Source: Dicyema japonicum
Lineage: Eukaryota; Animalia; Dicyemida
Assembly (NCBI GenBank): GCA_011109175.1
Contig: RDEW01000025.1
Coordinates: 713,990 to 777,989, forward strand
Length of the DNA: 64,000 bases
Reading direction: 5' to 3'
The notes under the pieces were generated by a model that saw only the letters and a list, made by a program, of their open reading frames with translations, was not told where the DNA came from and ran no database searches. Positions 1-10,800 of the stretch are shown here, one piece after another. The translations under genes were made by a program, and so were the position numbers. Each line of letters starts with the position of its first letter. Position 1 is the stretch's first letter.

Positions 1-370
1 CAATCCACTTTCTTCTGTGAGTGAGACTGCTTCTGATGTCGAAACTGCTTCTTGCTGCAATGATGATATCGTCAGCATAAAAGCAGTAGGAAGTCCTCGT
101 TAATGTCTGCTGGCAGGTCGTGGAAGAAAAGATTGAATAGAGTGGGGGCAAAGGCGAACCTTGGGGCACTCCGTTTGGTAGTAAACGTGATCTGAGGTAA
201 CCACAGATGACCTTCCCACGTCCTTCAGAAAAAATTGGCCAGCCATAGTTTCAAGTTAAGGCGAATTTTTGAATCAAAGATTTTTCCAATTAATGTTTCC
301 TCGGTACCGAGTCAAACGCCTTGTTGATGTCAATCGAGACCATTGTTGTCCACATGTGTTTTGTGTAGTA
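1..370 (-). mobile_element. Decayed reverse-transcriptase fragment of an APE-type (I/Jockey-like) LINE, cut by the window edge
   Basis: Minus strand reads ...IDINKAFDSVP...GVPQGS...YADDIIIAA with stops and frameshifts; resembles the element at 38-39.7 kb. Confidence 0.8.
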
Positions 371-576
371 TGTAGTGTTTTGTTCCATCCAAAATGAACT
401 GTGAAAGCGTTGATAAGAAAGTCGTGGTTGATTTTCCTTATTTAGATAGTTTTTTTTTACAGGTCAATAGACTTTCAATTATGATCAACTCTCTTTTATT
501 AAATAATAATCTTACAATAGTAAAAATAATTAAATATAATATATAATTAAAATTTGAATTTTATTATTTTGTCGTA

Positions 577-3437
577 ATGTCTTTAGTTAACAACGTTAAT
601 GAGAATGGACAAGTAAAATGTATAGTTTGTCATCGAGGTGTTAAAAAGTGTAAATTTTCTCTTGCAATGAACGGATCTGTTCAACACATTTGCAGCCGTG
701 ACTGTCTTTCTTCATTCGTCAGTCTCCGAATTTTATCTAGACTCTGAAAATAAAATTTCAAGCTCTCAATGTGAACTCTGTGGACAACCAATATTTAAAA
801 ATGAACACAAATGGCATTTTATGGGTTTTTGTAGTCAGACATGTCTCATATCATATCAACAAAAGTGTACGGCCGCCCAGTGTTTTTTGTGTGGTGGAAC
901 TGCGGAAGGAGCTTCTCAGAATTTGATAATTTCATTCAGAGCGGGCGAATCCCTATCTGATCGTCTATTCTGTCGATTTTGTTCAAACACGTGTTTACAT
1001 GCATTTGGTGAGCAGTCATTCATTTGTCGAAGATGTCACCGGCCAATACCTATGGAAATGATATCAACGGAGACTGACGTATTTGCAGACATTGTGGATA
1101 ATAATGGACTTAGTTATTTTTGTTCCCTTGAATGTTTTTCCTCCATCAGAGTCTGCAGTAATGATGCTGACATGTCTGAGAGAAGAGTTCAACGTTCTTT
1201 GGATGTTGTCGTTAAACGAAAGGCCCATTGTTCTATTTGCGGTAAACATGACTTCCCTCATCATGAAGTGAGTGTTGATGATAAGGTATTTGATTATCAT
1301 ATGGTAGATGCATTCTATATGTTCTGATGAGTGTTTTGATAAATTTAGACTACAAAATGTTGGTGCTAACGTGCACATGTGTGATCAATGTTCTACCTTG
1401 TGTGACTCTAGTAAACATTCAAACACTTTGTCTGCACATTTTGGCAGTAAAGATCACTTTTTCTGTGCAGAGCAATGCTTTATTCTATTTAAGGCAACCA
1501 GTCGTTCTTTCTCTTACTGTTTTCGGTAATTTTTATTATTTTATATGGGTGTTCCTCCAAAAGGGGAAAATATGGAATTCTTTATTTTAATTTTGGTGAT
1601 TCTAATATGAAATTATTCTGTAAACCTGATTGTTTGATAGATTATTGGCTGGAAATGTTTGAGGAAATAAATGTGAATTGTGATTGGTGTCAAAACAAAC
1701 TAACAACCCTAAATATTGTTCAGTAAGCAGTATTGGGAGTGTAAAATTATTTTGTGACCATTCATGTCTAGAAGAATACTTTGAAAACGGAGTAACTGAG
1801 AAACATCTAAAAAAATATAGAATAGAGGAGAATAAATGCAGTACTATAACATATTATATATTAGTAAATATGGATAGAGATGACATTTCTATTAGATATA
1901 AAAGGATAAACAAGACCGTTGACGGTTATATGCTTATATATTATTAGAATCATCAACCTGTTCTTATGAGTCATTCTCTGATTTAGATAATTCGGATCCA
2001 ATTAAACGGAAAAGACCATTAATGTCTGATTTAGCAGTCACATGTCGTCCTTGTATGGCTGAAAAGTCAATAACTGCTCTCCCAATTGTTGAAAATGTGC
2101 GTTGTCAGACTGGTTATTATTTGTATCAAATCTAGATGAAATTATTGATAGTAAAATGAGACGCATTATTCCACTCCCTCTTCCATATCTTTGTCCAATA
2201 CCCAGTGCCTCATATAAAGTTCCATTACCTGTGCTAAATGTACTCCCTGTACCAGTTCCTGTGCCCATCCCAATAAAATTGCCGAGTCATAAGGCTGTCA
2301 AAGATTTTAATAATATTTTTAAGGTTTATGGTTATTAATGTTATTCTAGGACTCTGCTGATAGAATCCCCCAGGATTCGTACGAAAGCTCATTAATAACA
2401 ATGTCATCCCTCCTATCATATAGTTATTGTTATTATAATCATTAGAATATAATGATGTAAACGATTGTAACGTGCAACAAGTAGTAATACATAAAGTTAA
2501 TAATGCATTGGATGATGAATGGTCGTTTAAGTTTACGTATGGAGTCAAATCATGGGATCATTGGATGTCCACTAGCTCTGAAAAGTCGATTTATTTGCTT
2601 ATATTGAAGGAAAGGTGATCTAGTCAACTTTACTACTCATGAATTGTCCATTCTTCTTTCTCATTTTGTTTTTCAAGTTCGCAAGATTAATGGAGATAAA
2701 TATGCGCCTGATAGTCTCTACTATCTCTGTCTTGGTTATCTTGTTTTACTATTGTAGGTATTCAGGCATATTTGTATGTTATGAAGAGAACTGAGGACAT
2801 TTTCTCTGGATTTGGGGATTTTAGAGAGTTCACTGATAGATTAGACTCAATATTATCCTGCTGGAAACCACGAGTTAATGATTCGGGTACTATATTACTT
2901 ATATTTAGGACTTTTACTGTGTAGGGTTGAAGAGGAACATTTATGGGAATGTAAACAATTAGGGTCATATTCTGCCTATGTATTACTCAATACACTTGTC
3001 TATTTTAATACCAAATACTTTCTGTTGAAAACATCAGAGGATCATTATAATCTACGATCATCCAATATTGTCAAACATTCCAAACGAACATTTAATGATG
3101 CTCGTTCTACGTTTCTGAAATATTATGATCATAATTTTCGTTCTGGAATTACTCGTGAACAACCTGAAAATATTGATAATCCAATGCGATGTCCTGTTAG
3201 GCTCTTTGAGTTTTATTTATTAAAATGGTATCTCATTATTATTATTCTAGTCCTGAGTCTGTCAAAAATAAACAGGAAGCATTCTATTTGTGTCCTGAAA
3301 GTTGTGTTCTCCCTGATAGTCCTTATTGGTTTTCTGGGGATCCACTACCACTAGATGAGATTAAGAAAATGCTCAATAGAATTTTTATTGTAAAGGAGAT
3401 ACAGGAGGCGTATATTACTAGTCAAAATATTTACTAG
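577..3437 (+). CDS. ZMYM: Zinc finger MYM-type protein (ZMYM2/3/4, woc-like): tandem MYM/FCS fingers, Pro-rich linker, C-terminal DUF3504-type domain; multi-exon
   Basis: Repeated CxxC...FCSxxC fingers; IPLPLPYLCPIP...PVPVPIP linker; C-terminal YAPDSLYYLCLGIQAYL, VEEEHLWECKQLGSYSAYVLLNTLVYFNTKYF and NPMRCPVRLFEFYL. Introns at 1286-1307, 2735-2757, 2887-2908 and 3228-3250 restore the frame. Three irregular junctions are listed under findings. Confidence 0.85.
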
Positions 3438-3529
3438 ATACGTTATTCTTTATAAATAATGCCTTATTAGTTCATTTTTTATAGTTTGCTTATTTAAATA
3501 TTTTTACTATTATCCCCGACAAGTTGGAA

Positions 3530-3900
3530 ACACCACATAAAACGCCATAGTTCGCTGTTAAGATTCCTCAGAGAAATCAGCGACAATGATTTATATTCGA
3601 TGTGCAAATCCAAGTCCCTTAAAAGATACATTATTGAGGGAGAAGTGGGGACTGTTGGGATATATTATCAGAATGGATCAACGTTACCTGTTAACAATGC
3701 TATGAAAGCATACTTTGAGTGCACTAGAGCACAAACTAGATTCACACTACTAGCTAAAATCCAAGAAGAACTGAGAAATACATAAATGAAGCAGAAGATT
3801 TAGATGCACTCCGAAAGACGTACTTCGAGTGGCGTCTCACTGAAAAATTGTCTGTGATGCTGTAAAAACGATGAGAAGATCATTACTCTTTAATTTGCGT
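3530..3900 (+). mobile_element. Decayed RTE-like LINE C-terminal fragment
   Basis: Frameshifted ...REKWGLLGYIIRMD..., like the RW.LLGHILRM motif at the end of RTE ORFs. Confidence 0.5.
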
Positions 3901-4029
3901 ATGTGAATAATAGTTATCTGCTATTCGTCAACTGTTAAGATTTTTATTGATGTCGGTTTCTTTTAGGCTAAATAAGTATATCCTACAAATTTTATAATTA
4001 TTATTCTGGTATGCTGAGGATAACTAGAA

Positions 4030-4460
4030 GCAGGAGGATGGCTAACCTAAAGAGCTTGTTACAAGACATACCTCAGAAAAATACTATGAAATACCTTGGC
4101 CTCTTAATTGACGAGGGAGGTAATTTTATGGAACATGCTAAGATACGAAAGAAAAAAGCTACGAACGCTCTTTACTGCGTTAGAAAATTAAAGCTCGAGC
4201 CTGAGACCTTTGTTAATGTCTTCAACACTGCGATACTACCTGTAATGTTATACGGATTAGAAGGATGGTACGATTCGAAAAAAATAGACTTTATCCTCAA
4301 AAAAAATTTGAGAAAACGCGAAATTTTGCTCTAAAGCTTGCTTACGAGATAAGTCCTTGCATGCCAATTCCCCTATGGTTGGAAGGAAAAATGTGCAAAG
4401 TTGGCTATCGAAAATCTTACTATCGAAAATCTTATTCGAGGTTTCAAAAATCGCACTAAA
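4030..4460 (+). mobile_element. LINE reverse-transcriptase thumb-region fragment
   Basis: ORF 4011-4334 contains MKYLGLLID...H...KA..A...FNTAILPVMLYGLEGW, the typical non-LTR RT C-terminal pattern. Confidence 0.75.
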
Positions 4461-4629
4461 GTATCTGACACATATCTTCAGAGATGACCTTGTGTTTACG
4501 GATTTTTTGGGGAGACTGTCGGGGTAAAAGTCGGTTGGTATGCCCTACCGTTTCATACTACTTTCCCCATCACTTAATTTACAGTGCTTTTTCTTTTATA
4601 ATAACTTACTACTTATTAGCACTTTCACG

Positions 4630-4870
4630 ATGCCATGGGTCATGATAAAGCTTGTGCAGCACAGGAAACAATAAGAGTTATTAATTTCTTCTATTTCCCT
4701 CTGTCCTGGGCAACGTCCGTAAGGCGTCAAAATCGTCCCCGTCTTTTAATTGTTTCCCCAATCTCCGAAGGTCTATCCAGCGTAACGCGGAGAGTATTTC
4801 TCGGGCGCCCCCTGAAACGAGGTCCGTCAGCTTCGAAATAGTCCTCCATGGCAGTATTTGCTGGTACCTC
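4630..4870 (-). mobile_element. RTE-like LINE 3' end fragment
   Basis: Minus strand reads AMEDYFE...FRGRPRNTLRVTL, the GRPR motif at the end of RTE-type ORFs. Confidence 0.5.
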
Positions 4871-5081
4871 CAAATCCATTTTATAATTTTGGAGTTATAT
4901 TTAAAATTAATTTGAATATTAAGTTAAGTGAGTTTTTCTATTAATTTTATTTTTTTATTTTTGCCATATTTCTATTAATTTTATATTTGCCATAATTTAT
5001 TTTTTATATTTGCGTTAATTGTGAACTAGTAGTTAATTATCAATATATTTTCGTTGATTGGGGATGCTATAATGATATGTA

Positions 5082-5650
5082 GTTGACCAATTAGTCGAGT
5101 GGTTAATTGGTCTGAAGATTAAAGAGGTGACGTACCTCTATTTTTATTTATTAACCCCAAGCATACAATATTTGGTAAGCCCAGCACGAAAATTCACAAC
5201 TAATTAATCCATGAAGGAATCCAAGGAAGAACACCTGTTTGTGCCTACTAAATCCATCCTCCAAAAGTCCATTACAGGCCTCCGCTTTTGAAGAAAGGTG
5301 GAGGAAATAAATCAGTCCTCTTCTATTTTCATCACACGTCCTACCGTCGTTGACATCAATTCATCCTTCAGAGGAAGAGTTTTCATAATGGTAATCTTCA
5401 CCAGTGGTGTTAATCAGGGAGAAGGTAGGAAGATCTCTATCGACGTACCTCTATTACACAGAATGTCTAGTTAAATTTATAATTGATGAAAGCCCTTGTT
5501 TTCCTTATTATCATGAGCATGAACAAGAAGATTCAGGAGACATTAGAAACCAGAAGTTCTGAACAAAGGAAGCGTCAGCTGCACGTAGGCTAGAACCTCA
5601 TCCAGCACAAATTGAGAAAACTTGGAAGATCATCTGAAGCTGCCATATAG
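5082..5650 (+). repeat. Repeat family E copy, interrupted by a family D insertion
   Basis: The first ~90 nt plus the sequence after 5453 align with the uninterrupted copy at ~14200-14290 (GAGGTGA..TACCTCTA...CTAGTT). Confidence 0.55.
5141..5441 (-). mobile_element. SINE-like family D copy with 12-bp target-site duplication
   Basis: Flanked by GACGTACCTCTA at 5129-5140 and 5442-5453; minus-strand tail GGGGTTAATAAAATAAAAA; homologous to 14690-14925 and 17160-17445. Confidence 0.85.
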
Positions 5651-5801
5651 TTAATATGGTTTTATATGCTAATAATAATTAATCTTATGATTTTGGTTCG
5701 ATTTATTGAATTTTGATGACATCCGACTATAGTCAATACATATAATATCTATCGTGTTCAAAGCAGGAGAATGTTCAAAGTAGTCATCTCAAGTATTTTA
5801 C

Positions 5802-7557
5802 ATGTTTAACATAATAATAGTTATATTCATCCAAATTTGTAAAAATATGGTTGAGAATGAATTATTTGACCATTTAATGATTACCAGCAGTTATAATAGG
5901 AATGCTAGACCATTGGAAAATAATTCATTCATAAAACCAGTGGATGTAGAGCTTGGAGTTCAATTAGTCCAAATCACTGATGTGGTTGATCATTCAAAAT
6001 ATATTTAGGACGAAAAAAAACAAATCCTTACTTCCACTTTACGAATATATCATGTTGTAATATTAAATAACTTTAAAGCGTTGGAAGGATGAAAGACTTG
6101 TTTGGGATCCTAAAATGTATGACAACATCAAACTTATGCACATTCCTTCTCGTCTTGTGTGGGTCCCTGATATTGGACTATACAACAAGTATTATATTGT
6201 AAATCATTTAGTGCTGACGGAAACTACGAAATCCCTTTAAAGACAAATACATTAGTATTTTTCAACGGAACAATAATTTGGGAACCGGCTGCAATTTATA
6301 AAAGCTCGTGCCCTATAAATGTTGAATTCTTTCCATTCGACATTCAAGAGTGTTATTGGAAATTTGGTTCTTGGACATATGATGGATCGAAGATCAATTT
6401 AATTCACTATTCTTATCACGATCAAAAAGAAACTGAAGGAGTCATAAAAAATGGAATTGATTTGAGTAATTTTTATCCAAATATTGAGTGGGAAGTTTTG
6501 TCAGTCACTGCTGAGAAAAAAGTAAAATTCTATGAATGTTGTATTGAGCCATATATAGACATATTCTTCTATATCACTATAAGAAGGAAAACAGTCTTCT
6601 ATTTAGTTAATTTTCTGTTTCCCTGTGTTTGCATTTCCTTCCTGACTATACTTGTTTTCTATCTCCCTGCTGGTTCAGGGGAGAAAATTACCCTTTGTAT
6701 TTCAATTCTCTTATCTCTGGCTGTTTTTATTCTCCTGTTGGCAGACATTGTACCTCCCACTTCTCTTGTTATTCCTTTGATTGGTAAATATCTTTTATTT
6801 ACCATTATTTTGGTTACCTTCTCTGTTATTTTAACTGTAATTGTACTCAATGTACACTTTCGGTCGTGTTCTACCAATAGAATGTCTGTTTGGGTAAAAT
6901 TACTTTTCCTTTGGGTTCTTCCATCTCTCTTGGGTATGCACAAACTTTATGGTTCATTCGATTCAGACAACACCAACAGAGGATTTGTCAGATTTCTTTA
7001 TGCTTTTCAAGAAAAAAGAAAAAAATTAAAAATTTATATTAAAAAAAGCTTCAAAAATTTAAAAATATGGTTATTCGGAAGAAAAGTGAGAGAAAACGTA
7101 GAAATCCAAGAATGTACTCCAATGACTATTAGCAATGAAACAGAGGTTTCCCTAAACTTGAATAGAGACTACGTTGCTGACCTTACAGTGTGCACACAAC
7201 AAAAGATTTTCCAGAGAAACCGATATTCTGAATCAATAAGAAGATCGATCTGTTACGAAAATCAAATCAAAGAAGTGGAAGAAAAGGAAAAAAGCAAAAT
7301 AATGGGAAATCTATTCAGTCAGTCTGTGCAGAGTTGTATTGAGGCAGTTAAGTTTATAGCTGACATTATGAGGGAAGAAGCTACGAAAAGTTCAGTACGC
7401 TTTAATTTAATCATAGTCTATGGCTGACTGGCAGTTCGTTGCAATGGTTCTGGATAGACTTTTCCTTTGGATTTTCTTTATAGCTATTCTCATTGGGTTT
7501 TACTCAATTGTACTAACAGCACCGACTCTTGCTGATAAAAGACCTGCAATTGCCTAA
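5802..7557 (+). CDS. Nicotinic acetylcholine receptor alpha-type subunit (Cys-loop ligand-gated ion channel), 5 exons
   Basis: Hydrophobic N-terminus, YNRNARP, WVPDIGLYNN, Cys-loop CPINVEFFPFDIQEC, GSWTY, vicinal YECCIEPY, M1-M3 and M4 DWQFVAMVLDRLFLW. Introns 5985-6008, 6054-6078, 6189-6211 and 7395-7416 give a continuous frame to TAA at 7555-7557. Confidence 0.96.
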
Positions 7558-7867
7558 AAGCTTACTAAATTCATTTTAACCAAATAAATTAGTTGTTTTT
7601 ATTATAAACACGTGGGATTAAGAAAACAAGTAAAGTCTTTTAGTTAAGAGCTCAGGATTAGATAGACGTTCCCTCTGATCACTGCCATTTCGAGCATATG
7701 CCTCAACCAGAGTCCTTCGCGGGGCTCTCATTCATCCGATAATAGAGAGAAATACGTCCGTCTTCTCTCCCACGACCCCAGAAGTCTCCATCGTAATAGG
7801 AATGAAATGGTAGTTATTCCTGAGTGATTAGTAATATTTATAAAATTATTGTTTCCAAGACAACATA

Positions 7868-10800
7868 ATGGGTACCAATCGAAATAAAGAAAATGCAATA
7901 TGGAGACCAATGATTATATTTATTTCGCCTAATAGAATGGAAAATAATCATTTGATTAAACAACTTTGCTTTACCATTAACAATAAACGCAGAAAATTAT
8001 TCACCGCCATAACTAGAGAAGAAATATTGAAAAATGTATTTTATATATTTAAACAAAGAATAAAATAAACGATAAGCCAACCAAAGACAACCCAAATAAT
8101 GAAGTGACCGCTGAAATGTTGGCTTCCATGATTGCTTCATTCGTTAGCGAAATTGAAATACAATCAAAGGATAAAAACACTTTAGATAAAAAAGTAGTTG
8201 GCTGTAATGAAGCAGGTCACCCAAAAAGGACCCACTAAAGGAAAAGGTTCTGCAAAAAAGGGAGGTAGTAAGAATATTGAATCTCCATCTCCCAAAACAG
8301 GGACTACTTTAAAAAAGCGTGGCGAAGAAGGATTTGAAACCAAGACAGTTGGTATTAAGTTGATAAATACAAGATGATGAGCCTGAAGGTGGCCCAAGTC
8401 ATTACATAATTGTGCAAGGAATCGAGAATATTGAGGTTATTCAATGTTTGTTCGAATTGGGATTGTCCGTTGATCTTATATTAAAATTATCCCCTGAATC
8501 ACAAAATTTGGCAGATCAAATCATTGCCTTGGCTACAAAATTCACAAATCCACCGCCCCCAGAAATAATTGAGAATGAGAATAGTTCATCCTGAACAACT
8601 ATTGGGAGGAAATTAAAAACATTTTTTATAAAAATGAGTTCGATTCGCTCACAAAAAATACACTGCAAATTGACTATATCATAAATAATGATTTATTCGA
8701 AGATGAAACAGATTTGAAGGTTTTCCCGCCTATTATTTCAGGAAATATTTAATAACGTCTTTGATAACATTGCGAATATAATATATAAAGTGATAGATTT
8801 GGAATCAGAACATAAACATTATTTGGATAATATTACAGTTACTAATGTTGAAGGTTTTATTATTCGGTGAATATAGAACAAAATATAAATGATAACTTTT
8901 ATATGTACCACCAAATGCTTTCATCTCTCCCCATAGAATGTGTTTCGATTCCCTTTATGGTCCACTGTATTGTAGAACAGGTTATTTTTTGATTAATAAA
9001 GGTTGTTTTGAGTTCAGAGAATTCTCTCTCTCCCGAGGAAATGTACATAAATAAACGCGGGAATAAACTATTTTCTATGGAGACTGCAAATATAATCCAA
9101 GACTTGACCAAAAAGTTAGGACTGAGTAGAAATGAAATTGAGGTTTGATTATGCCATATTCTGATGTTACAAAGTCAAATTTTGCCGGAAAAAAAATTTG
9201 AAAGGCCATCATTAAATTCACCAGAAATTATTAACTTTGGAGATGACTCTAAATTGAGATTTTATCATTTAAAGGACGTTGACGTGGAAGAGATCCGACA
9301 CGCAGAATTATACATGTTATCTTTATTACCTGAATGTCGCTCTTTGAATTCAAACTTAAGTGACATTCCACCAAATGTCCTTAACAAAACTCAGGAACTT
9401 TTTAAAATTCTAAAAAATAAGAATATTAATTTTTCAGGTTTAATACTAATTTATCGTAGAATCCGATAGAATACTTAAATCCTTAATGTTTGAATCAATG
9501 AACCTTTCATCTGTCGATTACTCTGGATGTTTAATCAAAATATCTGAGGAAGGTTTCAAAAATCATATACCTTGGGATTTCCCGTTTTATAATACTCTTT
9601 CTGAGAAAAATATAGAATTTGAAAGGAAGAACTCAAGTTTGTCTAAAATTTATTTTCTCAGCTGTAAAGTTTAAAGAATGTTCTCCACAGTGCGATCGAT
9701 TGGATTTAATTGAGAAATATAGAAAACGATCTCTTACTTCTCTGAATTGTGAAGAGTATTATAACAAGGACAGTTTAATGCAGGTTGAACTATATAAATA
9801 TAAAAATTAGATTTTTAGCAAACTGGTTCATGTAATGCCTGAAATTGATATACTAACGTGTCAAAGAGATGGTAGTACATTGTTGGTCTTCAGTGCTCCA
9901 TGCAACCATGAAATGTTATCTCACGATTCTTGGAATTACTGGCTACACTCTAAAGTGGGACTACGGTTGTACAATTATAATCAATGTAAGGAATTATTCG
10001 GATTATGTGTCTGAAGAAATAGCCAAGTGGACTGAGGAGCACAAACATAGACAGATAAACACACAAAATGCAAAAATATCACATGATGTGTCAGATAACA
10101 CAAAATGTATATAATTTTGTAAAATATTAAGTTTTGCAAAAAACTAGCGATGATTTCATAACAGAATCATACATTGCACCAGACTCACTTAAGGCCTTAT
10201 CTCAAGAACCAAAAGTCTGCCAAAGTCCCAAGTCCAAAAAAGGGCAAAAAGTAAAATAGTTATAATGTTTAGTCCCAAATAACAAAACGTGTTAGCAACG
10301 AGAGCAGTCAAACTCCTGTTAAAGAAATATGTAAAATTTTATCTGATAGCGAAATAACTAAAAAATGTATAAATAATATTAATGCATAGTTCAATGGCTA
10401 TGACTTTGGTAATCACTTAATCAATGTGAATGTTTCACTTAAAAAGTGGTACCCCGTTGAAGCAGGGATTTTAAAAATTATGGTTGAAGAGCATTTGATG
10501 GGTTAAAATTTATATCAAACATAATAGGAGATAAACACATTAATGTAACTGTCAATGTTAACGATATCACATTTATTGTAAATAATAAAATTTTAAAAAA
10601 TTTGGAATCACAGGATAATTATCAAAGATGTTGTACTATTTTGCTAGGAAACGGATTTAACTGTGCTGTTGAATTTACCAATGCTGACGGTTCACTAAAT
10701 TACTAATCTATAGATGATTTTGAGAAAATTGCAGTTGATGAAACAAATAATCCCTCAGAATCGGCTTCAAATGTATTATAATGTTCTAATAAAGGAATCA

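Noticed and set aside
7640-7860. GC-richer patch just upstream of the SPAG17 ATG as a TE-derived promoter
   Set aside because: Only weak similarity to RTE-like ends and unclear boundaries; a regulatory role cannot be supported.
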